Shown one piece after another: positions 1 to 13,160 of a stretch of 64,000 bases of DNA. Both the position numbers and the translations under genes were made by a program. A model generated the notes under the pieces. That model was not told the DNA's origin, made no database searches, and saw nothing but the letters and a program-made list of their open reading frames with translations. The stretch's first letter is position 1. Each line of letters starts with the position of its first letter. Source of the DNA: Octopus vulgaris (taxonomy: Eukaryota); assembly GCA_951406725.2 (NCBI GenBank), contig OX597823.1, positions 40,796,001 through 40,860,000 on the forward strand, written 5' to 3'.

Positions 1-19
1 CAGAATTAGATTTCTTTAC

Positions 20-700
20 TAAAATGGTATGCCATAGTTTATGAAACTTTTAAAGCGAATACCACAATTGATTTCAAAGTCATTATAGATATTTACTAAA
101 AGAAAGTAACACCGCCGTATAATCCGGAAAGGTTTTCTCTTGTCCAAGTAATTCAATTCATTGGTTAGTGATTTTTACTAATGGATTCCAGCACATCAGG
201 TAATAATCATGCATTAAACACCTATACCCTTCACCTTAGTCTTCAACATATTAATATTTAATAGATTCATGCTAAGAGCTCTCCTTGCTGAAAGCCTAGC
301 TCTCAACCATTTCCAACAAAGGCATAGTATTATTAATCGATACTGTTAGTTCATTGAATATTTCGGCTTAAGCAGACGGGAAAACGAGTAATAACTTCTA
401 TTAAGAGATAGAAAAGTGGTTGTAAGATAACATATACAGATTTTCCCCAAAAAGGTCTGAAGTCTTCCTAAAATATAATGAATTGAACGGAAATATATTC
501 AATGGAATAAATAGAGTGTAATACGAAGATTAATCTTCTTCCATACGCTTGATATTGCTTGATATTCTTTACAAGTGAGAACATAATCTTAACGTCTCTT
601 CTTTCAAATTTCTTGGATATCAGCATCAAAGCGAACAAACTATTGAATTAGGAAATAGTCTGGTAAGACTTGGAATTATTCGAACGAAATTCACTTGCCG
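20..700 (-). pseudogene. Highly degenerate non-LTR (RTE-like) reverse transcriptase fossil
   Basis: Manual minus-strand translation gives broken motifs in the RT order: YQTIS*FN (cf. YRxISLL), SLYFRKTSD (cf. FIDFxKAFD), GFQQGE/LSMNLLNI (cf. GxxQGxxLSPxLFN), GIH**KSLTNELNYLD (cf. RTE GIQW..LxDLDY). There are many stops and frameshifts. Confidence 0.45.
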
Positions 701-828
701 GGTAGATTTGGTGATGAGCTTCTATGTACTCAAATTAAAACTACTTTTTCTTTCCACGTCATTTCTCTAGAATTGTGCAACTGTTCCCCCTAAAAAGTTA
801 TTATTATTACTGTTGTTGGTTTTATGAA

Positions 829-920
<92 letters not shown>
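829..920. repeat. (TTA)n microsatellite
   Basis: Pure trinucleotide run, which explains the poly-N and poly-Y ORFs. Confidence 0.97.
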
Positions 921-924
<4 letters not shown>

Positions 925-1163
925 GCGAAGGATTTGTTCCAAAAGTTTTTCCACGAAAATATTTGATTTTCGAAGTTGGAAACATTAGACATGGGCAAGT
1001 GTGTTTGTGTTGTCAAGAACTTTTGTCTTGCAAGCAGGTAGTTCGTGGTTCTATTCTAATGCATGACACTTTTGGACAGTGACTTCGGTTGACCTGGTTA
1101 TGCAATTTGAGTGAAATTTCATTGAAGTAAATTGCTCAAAAATCCATTGTGTATGTATGTATG

Positions 1164-1194
<31 letters not shown>

Positions 1195-1789
1195 GCATAC
1201 ATGCTGTGTGTGTGAATATAAGTATGTATATATGTATAAGAGCCCATATATGTATGCATATTTACTGTCTGTGTATATGATTATATGTATGCGTATATCT
1301 ACATATGTATGCACACACATATGTGACAAATTTGGTCAACAAAGCCAATCCTCGCGTAGAACATACGATTGCATTGGTCACATCTGAATGTCGCAGTCGA
1401 TTGTGGTTGCAGGTGTTTGGCCTTCCATTGCCGTTGTATCTCCTCTTCCTTTTTTATTCTTTTTCTGTCAAACAGTATTACATTACATTTTGTTGGTGGT
1501 CGGGACGGTGTGCAATAAAGAAACAGAATAGTAAGACTATCAGTAGAAACAGGAAATCCAACGTCTCATAGAGAAAGAAAGTAGATGGCATGAGTTTAAT
1601 TAAGGTGGGTCATGACTTACCAGGAAGCGACCCATGAAGAGGGGAGGAGAGTTGAGCCCATATGGCGCAAAGGAGTAATGTTTTTACCATTTGGATGTTT
1701 TCTGTTTTTTTAAGAAGGGCGGTAAGCGCATGTATAACATTTAAAAGGGCCTGCATAGAAAGAGCATAATAAACCTGCAATTTGTATGA

Positions 1790-2012
1790 GGGCGGTGAGC
1801 TGGTAAAGTCATTTTCTGTACCGAACAAAATGTTTAGCCTTATGTCTTTAGGTTCTGAGCTCAAATTCTACTGAGCTTGAGTATGCTTTTCATTCATTCC
1901 TGATCAATAAAATAAAGTACCAGCTGACAACAAGTTGAGCGCAGTGGTTCTGTGTAAGGGGCTTGTCCTTCCCCTTAAAATCGCTGGTCTTGTACCAACA
2001 TTTGAAAGGATA
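1790..2012 (+). mobile_element. SINE family A, degenerate copy
   Basis: ggcggtgagctgg head, ttctgagctcaaattc B-box-like motif and gcttttcattc...aataaagtaccag core, all homologous to 6920-7315. Confidence 0.75.
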
Positions 2013-3549
2013 TTAATGCTAAGAATTTAGTTCTGATGCTTGTAAAAGAAGGAAATGTAGAATGAAATAAGGTAGTCACTTAAAGGTCTGGTGAGGAGTA
2101 TTAAACAGAGCGGTGGATGAAGTCTACAATACTGTAATGAAGGTGGTGTAATGACAGAGAGTTAAAATATTTCCGTGTTTGATTTCGCTTTTCAACTTTT
2201 AGATGTCTATGAAAAGATTACTAGTTAACTGTGTTGTTTGTTGCGGTTCTTTGGATTCTGACATCTCGGGTGGCATAATTAATTTGTCACCCAGTCTCAC
2301 ACCACCTAATGGTTCCTGGATATCTTTCAACAGAGTTCAATTTGTTGGGAGAATTCAGGCTACATTACAGGTCTCGTAAGTAACATCTTAAAACATAGTA
2401 ATAGAGAGAATTGAACGAAATATAACCACAGGGTGAAAAGATGACATCATAACACCATATATAATATATAAATAGATCTTTTCTAGCGCTAACGCTTGCA
2501 TGAGATAGATTGTAAAAAAAAATATTTATATGGTTGCATGTATACATAAATTGATGCGTTTCAATAACATTCTCTATAATTATATATTCATTTATTTATG
2601 AATCCATTTCACTTTCTACATTCTATACACACATTGGTGCAAGTATGCATATGCATTGAAACGTATTTTTTAGCCCTGTGAATCCATTTACATATGTATG
2701 AGTAGAAATTACTTTTAATATATGTACGTTTGGATCAGAAGAATATGAATTTGGATAAATATGGTTTACTTTTCAAGCATAGTATATTTACTTATGTGCG
2801 TATGTATTCGTGTTTTTATATGCATGTAGAAAGAACGTGTGTTAGTGTGCGTACACATACGTACGACATGAATATATTTGCAAAAATAAATGAAATTTTG
2901 CATGCTCATTGTAATGTTTCTGCAATACATCTGACCGATCAAACCTGACCATGTGTTAAATAATAATAAAAGCAACAACAATAATTTCTTCGTAGTACTA
3001 AATTTATAAAGGATCTGTAAATAATCTATATAAATTCTCGGTGGAATTTTTTTCTTCTTCGATGCTTCCCATCGCCCATAAGAATGCAAAAGTGAATAAG
3101 AGTCACAGAGAACTTAGTGGAATCGATTCTTTGGTGACATGAAATTGAAAGCAAAAAAAAATATTTAAAAAAAAAGAAAAAGAAATACTTTACCTTATTG
3201 ACATATATAAAAGTTGCCGCCATTTTTATTGACAGAACTTTCTAATAGTTCTACTTCAGCAGATTCCAGAGAAATAAACATTGTTTGTAAATAGTTAGTT
3301 CAATATATAAACCGTAATACTATGTATGGACATGTGTTAGTATGTGTGTGCATGTTTATATACACATTCGAGTACTATGTACCAGTATGCATGACTTGTA
3401 TGTGTGTATTTAAGTGTGTGTGTGTGTGCGCGCGCCCGCGCGTGTGCTTGCATAAAATTTAGAAGGAAAAATTCAGAGCGAATTGGTAGTTTGACTTATT
3501 TACCGTCATGAGACTGTGGTTTCGTTCGGCTTTCAAGGTACATATCGCA

Positions 3550-3900
3550 AGCATGGCTGTATATTTAAGAAGCTTGCTTTTCAACCAGGTTGTTTCGGGG
3601 TCCCTTCCACAGCGCGGCACTTTAGGCAAGTGTGTTCTATAGCCACAATCGATCGATGCTTTCCGAGTGAATATGACAGACTGAAATTGTATGGAAGTCC
3701 GTATGTCTATAAGTAAAAATACATGTATATGGCTTTCTACTTATGTTTGAACTCCCACCACTTAAAAACCGCTGTTGGTTTATTTATGTCCCTGTAATTT
3801 AGCAGTTCGACGAAAGTGGTGGGCAGAAACAAGTAAAAGATAAAAAATAGACACGTGGAGCTATGTGTATGAAAATTAGGTCTCGTAGATTGAAGTGGAA
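3550..3900 (+). mobile_element. SINE family B, degenerate copy
   Basis: Similar to the reverse complement of 63517-63930 (ggcactttaggcaagtgtgttct; gacagactgaaa; gttggtttatttatgtccctgtaatttagcagttcg). Confidence 0.6.
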
Positions 3901-4139
3901 AGCGATAATACTTATAAACCTCTATATATGAACCGCCAAAATAGTATGTCATCATGCCAAATAATCTTGATTAAGCATACCAAAGCAAATTTTGACCAGA
4001 ATATGGCACAACTGCAACATGTAGACCTATACAAGTTTACTTCTAAGACACACGTGTCTAACAGAATCTAAACGATAATGCACTTCTCTTATCAAACCAG
4101 GAAAACTATCTTTATTATCGCTGTTTTATTTTCACACAC

Positions 4140-4360
4140 ATTCAAGCCTATGGTTGGCTTTAGTAGACGGAAACTGAAAGAATCCCGTCGTGTATATATG
4201 CGTATTTGTGTATGTGTGTCTATATCTGTGTGTGTTTCTAACCGACAGCTTGATAACCGCTGTTAGTTTGTTTACGCGTCCGTAACCTAGCGGTTCTGTA
4301 AAAGCGACTGATAGAGTAAGTACCAGGCTTTAAAAATATATACTAGGTCTCATTTGTTCG
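4140..4360 (+). mobile_element. SINE family B, 3' fragment
   Basis: gtagacggaaactgaaagaatcccgtcg...cttgataaccgctgttagtttgtttacg...gtaacctagcggttc...taagtaccaggctt matches the body of family B. Confidence 0.7.
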
Positions 4361-4367
4361 TGTAGTC

Positions 4368-4712
4368 CTAGAGTTCTCAACCATTTATATTTGTAAACCA
4401 CTTCGATTGCTTCTTTAATGTGGTGGACACCCATACTCATTCGATGTTTAAAACTATTTTAAAAAACTTCTTTCAAAATTCGTATATTGCTTTATTACAC
4501 ATTAACGTGTATGATTTGAACTATGTAAAATGTTAGAGAAAGTAACCCGGCTGTTTCTTGCACTACATACCAATGCATAAATCTAAAGCAAATTTTTTTC
4601 AGTTGCCTTTAAAATACTACTGTGGATCCCCAATTTACTCATTTGTTACGTGGACCCACACAAGTCTTATATGGACCCTCAGGGGCCATATTCACCCCAG
4701 TTGTGAACCGAT
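4368..4712. mobile_element. hAT-like MITE (degenerate)
   Basis: The ends gttctcaacc and agttgtgaacc resemble CAGTGGTTCTCAAC-type TIRs. Internal repeated tggaccc-like subterminal motifs are present. Confidence 0.4.
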
Positions 4713-5291
4713 GATGTAAACCATTGAAGATAGTGCATCAACATGGTTGCAGTCCAATGACTGAGACAAGTAAAAGAAAAAAATATGTATTTATATATGT
4801 ATGTATACACATATATTTGTATGTATGCATATATGTATGCATGTGTGTATGTATGCATGAATGTATGTATATATGCATGTATGTATACATGTACGTATGT
4901 ATGTGGGTGTATGCATATATATATGCACTGTTGTACATACACAGTAGACACAAGTACTCATATGCAGACATATATATATATATATATACACATATATGTA
5001 ATTCATTAGCAATCACATAGGTCATTTCATTACATTTTGTTTTGTTTACACCTTTCTATGACCCGCACAACCCTATAATAGTTTTCTAATATTTTATATC
5101 AACTAATAATTAAATATTTAATTATTATTGCAAATAAGCTGATGATAACACACATCGAAATCTAATATATCTGATAATATGTGACAAGGCTGTAACACAT
5201 CTATACAATTTACAATCAATATTATAGGATCACTATTAAGAAAAAAATATATTTATTAATTTTTTTTGTATTCGAATGAATTGTAGCTTTT

Positions 5292-5515
5292 TTAGCCCCA
5301 GGCCTGCTTTGACAGGTTAGACATATAAAATACATTATTCTATTGAAAATTCTCTTACACATTGAAATACATTATTTTTCTAGGTTTTTGCTATATCCAG
5401 CACACATTCAACAATTTGAGAGGTCCTTTATTTAGATTGTTCTGTTTAATTTAAGGTAGATTTTGTTTTTATTTTCAGTAGATCTAATGGCTTTGAACAC
5501 TGGTGTTTATTCGTT
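5292..5515. mobile_element. Unclassified short interspersed repeat (family D), degenerate
   Basis: Colinear similarity with 7850-8050 and 23920-24121 (ccccagg... start; gattt.gct.ct.tttt.ag end motif). Confidence 0.45.
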
Positions 5516-5777
5516 GACACATTGTAGTGGGAGGACTAACGATGCGGAAAATAAGTCAAATGTTGCGATAGCCAATGATTTTGCTATATAGTTGTTCAAT
5601 CTCCTCTGAGATTGACTTTCAAGCTTTTTACTCTAGTGATAGTCATGTCCCCTTTACAAGTGCTTTCTATTTCTTACATTCTTAACGTTGTATATATATA
5701 CATACATAAATACATACATACATGTATTTGAATTAAAGATGTCTACACCTATATATTTTTTCCTTTCCTTACACTTT

Positions 5778-5798
5778 TATATATATATATGTATATAC

Positions 5799-5873
<75 letters not shown>

Positions 5874-5874
5874 C

Positions 5875-5905
<31 letters not shown>

Positions 5906-5942
5906 CTCATACATACATGCACACTTAGTATATATACGTATC

Positions 5943-6011
<69 letters not shown>

Positions 6012-6049
6012 GTATATATATGTACACGTTTAATACATATACGAATCTG

Positions 6050-6091
<42 letters not shown>
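5778..6091. repeat. Compound (TA)n/(TACA)n/(TG)n microsatellite
   Basis: Seen directly; source of the YIYIYI ORFs. Confidence 0.95.
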
Positions 6092-6092
<1 letters not shown>

Positions 6093-6919
6093 AATATAGA
6101 AATAATGTATATGAATGTGTGTATAAAATGCATGAAAAATGAATACATATATATATATATATGTATATATGTGACGTATTTTTTTATTAGATTGATGGTA
6201 AGGTCGAGATTCAATGAACTCACTGAACTAACAGCTTTTATATGTATTGAAACAATATCTTTTAGTAATTTTTTTCCCTTCTTTCTGCTGAAAATGGTAA
6301 GAATGCCTGAAGCATTATAGCAAGTGTTTGCTTATTCGGCATTCAGAACGTCAGTGCATGGTTCTGAATCGACTGCAAAATCTATGAAATAGATTTTTGA
6401 TTTAAAAATTTCCTATATCCTCGTGGTTGAACATGCATATTCCAAGTTATTTTCGACAACTGCAACTATTGCCAATACCGAATATGTTTTAGCCAGAAAA
6501 CAAACGCACGTTCGCGCATGAAGGACACGCACGCGCACACACACTCATACACACACATATACAAACTCGAAATTTCAGTATGAAATCAAACACTTTTCAG
6601 TCTTCAGTATCGTTCTTGCCAACTGAAGCCAAGTTTTCTGTTAACATATGTTTCATTTTAAGTTTCTATCTTTTCGATATCTTTAGGAATTTTCAGCCTA
6701 TAATTTTTTTTACGTTGTAAACCCAGTATCCAACTTCAATACAGATAATCATATTTAAAAAGAATTCCATTGCCAAGTTATTCAATACATTTTAAATAAA
6801 GTAAAAGAATTTGTTCACTTACCACATTGACTAGCTCTGTCATTTAGTGAAATCTTATCTAAACGGCTCTTCTATGCCGAGTCACTTACCTGAAGATATT
6901 GATATTGCCAGTTTTCTAA

Positions 6920-7315
6920 GGCGGCGAGCTGGCAGAAACGTTAGCACGCCGGGCGAAATACGAAGCCGTATTTCGTTTGCCGTTACATTCTGAGCTCAAA
7001 TTCCGCCGAGGTCGACTTTGCCTTTCATCCTTTCGGGGTCGATAAATTAAGTACCAGTTACGCACTGGCGTCGATGTAATCGACTTAATCCGTTTGTCTG
7101 TCCTTGTTTGTCCTCTCTGTGTTTAGCCCCTTGTGGGTAGTAACGAAATAGGTATTTCGTCTGTCTTTATGTTCTGAGTTCGAATTCCGCCGAGGTCGAC
7201 TTTGCCTTTCATCCTTTCGGGGTCGATAAATTAAATACAATTTGCATACTGCGGTCGATCTAATCGACTGGCCCCTCCCCTAAAATTTGAGGCCTTGTGC
7301 CTAGAGTAGAAAAGA
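6920..7315 (+). mobile_element. SINE family A, young dimeric copy with target-site duplication
   Basis: Head ggcggcgagctggcagaaacgttagc. The core gtatttcgt...aattccgccgaggtcgactttgcctttcatcctttcggggtcgataaattaa occurs twice. It is flanked by atattgccagtYttctaagg at 6902-6921 and 7316-7335. Confidence 0.9.
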
Positions 7316-7332
7316 ATATTGCCAGTCTTCTA

Positions 7333-7550
7333 AGGTGACGTGTTGGCAGAATCTTTAGCATGCTGGGGAAAATGTTTAGCAGCATTTCGTCCGCCTTTAC
7401 GATATGAGTTCAAATATTGTAGGGGTCGACTTTTGCCTTTCATTCTTTCGGGGTCAATAAAATAAGTACCAGTTGAACACTAGGGTCGATGCAATCGACT
7501 TACACACCCTCTCGAACTTTCTGCTCTAGTAGCAACATTTGAAACTAATA
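7333..7550 (+). mobile_element. SINE family A copy
   Basis: Same head, core and tail (tttgaaactaatatt) as its neighbours, but more diverged. Confidence 0.85.
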
Positions 7551-7559
7551 TTACTTCTA

Positions 7560-7707
7560 AGGCGGCGAGCTGGTAGAATCGTTAGCGCGCCGGGCAAAAT
7601 AGTTTGCGGCATTTCGACCGTTTTGAGTTCAAATACCGTCGAGGTCGATTTTTGTCTTTCATCATTTCGAAATTGTTGGCCTTCAGCTAAAATTTGAAAT
7701 CAATATT
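7560..7707 (+). mobile_element. SINE family A copy, internally deleted
   Basis: ggcggcgagctggtagaatcgttagc head, gaggtcgatttttgtctttcatc core and tttgaaatcaatatt tail. Confidence 0.85.
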
Positions 7708-7849
7708 GGTTGTTTACTACAAACAGGAAGGAATCAAAGGTAATTTTCGATGTCATTTTCAACATAAATTTTATCAGCTACTCTACTTCCAGCTAAAGTT
7801 CATATAAACATGAACCCGTTATATGTTGTTAGAAGGATGTTGATATTAT

Positions 7850-8050
7850 CTAATGCCGGTCAATCCTAATTCTCCAGGTATATGTTCATAATCATTGAAG
7901 TTAGGATCATTTCGTCTTGTTTTTCTAGGCAGTGCATGCCAAGGACTCCATTAGCCAATGTTCCCTTTTTTCTTAAAGCAATAAGTTTTGATTTGGACAT
8001 GATTTAGCTACTGTTTTTAACATGTAGTGGTTTCTTTTCTTGTTCGCTTG
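7850..8050. mobile_element. Short interspersed repeat family D, degenerate
   Basis: Colinear with 23920-24121. Confidence 0.5.
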
Positions 8051-9440
8051 TTAAACTGTAGAATCTTTACAAATAGTGAACCAAATATACTTGATGATAC
8101 CGCATGAATAAATAAATAGAAATATGTTTGTGTGAAAACATTTATGCGTAAATATTATATTCAAACAATTGGTTAAGTTCACCCTCTACATATGCAATCT
8201 ATATCAAGCGATCAAATAGGTTAATATTTCTTATTTATCACAACCAACTTAACAGTGAATAACATTTTTTTTCCTGAAACAGAATTAATATATATAAGAA
8301 TATAATAATCTTTCTTCCTTTCTTTTCTTCTCTTCGAAAACCAATTCGTTATTCCATAAATTTTGTAGATAGTTCTTACTGAAAATATAGCAAGTGTTTT
8401 ACCTTCTCGTTTTAAAGAATTGTCAGTAGTTCTAGCTTGTGATTTTTTTTTCTGCCGAACAAGTTTTTGTCTTGAGATTAATTATTACCTGATATTCATT
8501 TATACATTTAATAGTCTCTGTAATTGGACCGAGGCCATACTGGGGCACTGCGCTCATGGAACGATTATATTGGTATCATTTTTGTGATACTTTTTTGATC
8601 GACCTCGTTAACCGAGTGTCAAGAGGTAAAACTCGGAATTTGAGAAGTATTACAATATATATTTTGTTCGGTGCAATATTTTCCGTTAGCTAACTCATAT
8701 TGATACACAAAATCATCCGTGCACACACAATATATACACAACCGACAGTGTTTCACTCACACTAATTTCATCAACCCGAAGCTATGTTAGAAGTTACTTG
8801 TCAGACCTAATCACAGTAGGATCGAAACAAGGACCTAATGATAGCGAAGGAAACTTCTTCGCTTAACATCCGTGACTTCGCCCACAAATATCTCCTAACA
8901 GCAACATGGTTTTCCAAGTGGTCATACGTCCCTTTAATAACAAAGCACGACTTGATTTCGACGATCAGACGGGGTTGACTTCTGAAAATATGACCAGGAC
9001 TAAAGTGTGAGTCAACTGTTTAATACTATTTTCTTGCTTTTGTGAATGTTAGGTTTCCCCGGGAATTTTTCAAGGAAACCACTGGCTGTTTTTTTTGTTT
9101 TGTTTTTTGTTTAATTTAGTTATAAACTCTAATGCTCCAATCACGGTTGTTATTGATTCTATCTTCAGGTGTTATATCCAGCTTATTCCAATTAATACCA
9201 TTGCTCTTGTTGTTCTTATCATTATATATCTATTTAAATCAGAAACAGTAGGGCTAGTGGAAACCACTAGTGGTATTTAAGGGTATGACATTATTTTATT
9301 TTGAGTTCAAAGCCCGTTGAGACTTACTTTTACTTTCATCTCTCTGGGTTAATAAAAGTAATTCTCAGAGAAATACTGAGGTTGCTTTAGTGTGTACCTA
9401 AAAGTGAAGCCTTGTTGTACCTGCTTTTGATACCATTAAC

Positions 9441-9463
9441 AAATAATAATGATAATAATAATG

Positions 9464-9531
<68 letters not shown>

Positions 9532-9645
9532 AAGAAGAAGAATAGCATGTGTAATCTAGGAATGTATACAATGAGCTTCTCTGCCCTAGGTGTACGGAAA
9601 ACACTCGGCGAGAAACGGAAGAAAATTTGAAGAAAAAAGGAAATG

Positions 9646-9702
<57 letters not shown>

Positions 9703-9798
9703 GCGTGTGTAATCTAGGAATGTATACAATGAGCTTCTCTGCCCTAGGTGTACGGAAAACACTCGGCGAGAAACGGAAGAAAATTTGAAGAAAAAGGA

Positions 9799-9859
<61 letters not shown>

Positions 9860-9873
9860 TAATAATAATAATG
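9441..9873 (+). repeat. (AAT)n/(AAG)n array containing two near-identical ~100-bp modules (9543-9643, 9701-9800), probably retroelement 3' ends
   Basis: The direct repeat tagcRtgtgtaatctaggaatg...ggaaa is followed each time by (AAT)n. A diverged homolog lies at 52188-52300 on the minus strand. Confidence 0.85.
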
Positions 9874-12800
9874 ATAAATTCTTTTATTGGCAGCAAGAGC
9901 CCAATACATTGAGCACTACATTGAAAAACAAAACACAGCACAAAAAGTGGTGTTGTACTCATTGTTTTCAAGAAGAAGCTGTAAAGCTACTTTAATATGT
10001 CTTCGTTTAACAGCAGCTATTGAAAATTTACTTTGTATATCTTTCTCTCTACAGTTGCCGTTGTTATAAATGTTAGCGAGGTCGGTAAACTTCTCGTGCT
10101 ATTGATTAATTTAACCTAAATTTTCAAATTTTCATTTGATATAAGTAGTTAGTAGAAATGATTTTTGTTGATAAAAGAGCATGAAACAAATTGCCAATCT
10201 GCAGATGGGCTGAAGTAAATTTCAACAAAAAGAAGAAAGAAACAACAAAAAAAATTTAATAGAGTAAAAATGAAAAAAAAATATTGATGAAAGTAAGATG
10301 GAATTGATATTGGCCTTTCCGTGAAGCAGAAAGATAAAAACACTATCTTGTTACAATTTCTCGCCAGAAACGAATTTTCATAAATCAAATTTCAAATTTC
10401 TCTCTTAAAATAATAAGAAAAAGGAATGTAACGCTGGGGTAGCGAATAGTGTTAGAATTCTCTTCATTAGTTTTCAAAGATTAAAGTGCATACGATCTTT
10501 GACCTTTCCAACTGACACGTTTTAATTGAATGCACAGATCCAATTTGGAATCTTGAAAACGCGTGTTTTCTTGTTTGCAACTTATCTGACGTTTCAAAGA
10601 TCAAGCATATTCAGTAAGTTTACAAGTGTTCCATACCATGAATTGATTTGTACCTTGTTCATTTGTAAAGATTCGTTACGTATTAAGCAGAATTATGTTT
10701 AGTATTTTGGAAGAACTCAATAAATTGAATAAGACTGTTGAGACGATTTGAAGAAAACGTGCAACCCTCGAATAGATGACTGGAAGAAAATGCACAGCCT
10801 TTGTTGTATAGGATGCTGTATATGTTTATACTCAATTTAGGTACCGTAATGTCGGTTGGGATAAACAAATTTAGATTCCACTGCAAATACACGAAAATAA
10901 TATAAAATGGAAGGATTTTAACATAAAATAGAGTTGCTTACATTTTAAGACCACTCCTTCCTAGCAACTAAAAGTTGAAAACTTGCCTTGTTTTTTGTGT
11001 GACTTATAAATCAATTATTTTGTAACAGCTTTTAGAAAGTTCACAGACCTGAATAAAACGTTGCAGGTAGGTTCATCTTATATCCAGTAGACAGAACTTT
11101 ATCAATCTTATATACCCTCGAAAATATGGAAACATCAAATCAAGTGACCTTTTAAACGTTTTTTGTCCAGACAAGTTAAAATTATCAACTGACCTTTATA
11201 CAGATGACGAACAAGAAATGATCTTTTGCTCTTGTGTCCAGGCACATTCCAATTCATTGGGTGACCTTTAAACTGTTGTGTCCAGAAGCTCCCAAAATAT
11301 CAAATGTTAGTGATTTAAAGAAATGTGGAATGGTGAATATTCAATGATTTCAAAGATTTTAATTCTGTGAATTCCAATCAAATTCTTGTTATTGTTTATT
11401 TGGTGTCTCTGTTTGTTTCCTTCTTTAATACGATATGAGTGTCATAAACCGAAACTAAATTTTCAATTCATTAGAACAGAAATGATAGATGAAAAGTAGT
11501 TTGTCAATAGTGGAATTCTAGCTGCTTGTGTAATTTAAAAATGAAGCAAACGTCTGACTTTTCATAAACATTGTTATGTGGACAGCGGATGAGATGGTAT
11601 GAACGATAGATTGGTTTATTTATTGTATGCAGTTCGATACTTCATTGTTCAGAGTTAATCAGAGTTAACTGCATCTTTCATCTCACTTTTATCGATGAAA
11701 TAAGAACAAGTTTTATCTTGATGTCGATTCAGTCGTTTATATTCTACTCCACCTTCAAAATTAACTCCATTTCCTTCTCAAAAACAAAACAAAAGAAAGA
11801 AAAAAAAATCAATCCTACTTGATGTTGTTGTCGTTGAAAGTCGAGATATCGCTTGGATGTAAAGATTTTAAATCTTCGTTATTTCTGAAGTACATTTCTA
11901 TGGGTGATTTCTTTTATGAGATAGAAACAATTAAAACACCGCTATGATATAAATTACAACCGCAGTATATTTAGATTTAACAGAATCAAATAGACAGATA
12001 TTTAGACAGTTACCATTCGATGGTTGACAAATGTTTTTCAAGGATTATCCATGATAAGTGAGAACTTCTTTCGAAGTATAAAAACAGTAACAATAACAGT
12101 GGGCTGTTTAACAATGACGGATATTTTCGGTGAAGTCGTTAACGTCTTTCTACTGACAAATAATAGGATCACGAGTGATTATTTGTTAGGGAAATGTCTT
12201 ATTCTAGAAATGCATTTTCCTTTAGTGACTATATATCCACTTACCTAGTGATCTACAATCTATTTTCACCAATATTTTTTGTTTCAAAAGTGCTCTAAAA
12301 CTGAAAAAGAATTAAAAAACACCTGATTTTGAATATCAAGCATAACATTTGTTCTCGCCTTTAGTGGGTAACGTATTTTAGAATTTGTTTTGACATTGCT
12401 GTCTAACACATAGATAGAGAGCCTCTACGTGCAGAATTATCTATAAACAGGTGTTTATAATGAAATTCTGTAGCATTAATAATCTGGATAATTAAGCTAT
12501 CTGTCTCGTCTCTATCTTTCTCATTCTACTTATTTGTCTTTATCTTTATTTTCAATCTGTCTGTCTATGTCTTTCCGTTTCTGACTCTGTCTGTCTCTTT
12601 CTTTCTCTATATTGCCTCTCTCTCTCTCTCTATCTCTTTCTATCTATCTATCTATCTGACTGCATCTGTCTAACTACATATAAATGTATGCGTTTAATGC
12701 ACCATCACAAATAAAAACAATGAAATATTAACTGCAAGAAAAGACAACACATTTGCATGAAGTATAGTAATTCTTTTTACAAATATAAGGTTGACAGTGA

Positions 12801-13008
12801 TCCCGGGGTTTTGGCCATAATATGCATCACAAGATTGTCTGATGAAACTTATTGCCTGCAAAACTTCGAAGATGGTGTTAAACTCCTTGTAAAGATAACA
12901 TCAACATATCTCCATACACACATACGTATCTGTGTGTCTATCTGTCTCCGTTCGTACCTCCTTATGTATATACGTATGTAGGAAGGTAGGTGTGTGTGTG
13001 TAGATAGG

Positions 13009-13058
<50 letters not shown>

Positions 13059-13108
13059 TATATGCATATATATGATTTATATATACTATATATATACACA
13101 TTACCATA

Positions 13109-13160
<52 letters not shown>

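Noticed and set aside
5688-6320. 210-aa ORF and the many similar [12 protein letters not shown] ORFs
   Set aside because: These are stop-free read-throughs of dinucleotide and tetranucleotide microsatellites, with no protein-like content.
10040-10090. Possible micro-exon after ctttctctctacag
   Set aside because: The donor is weak (gtaaac), the peptide is not recognisable, and there are no partner exons.
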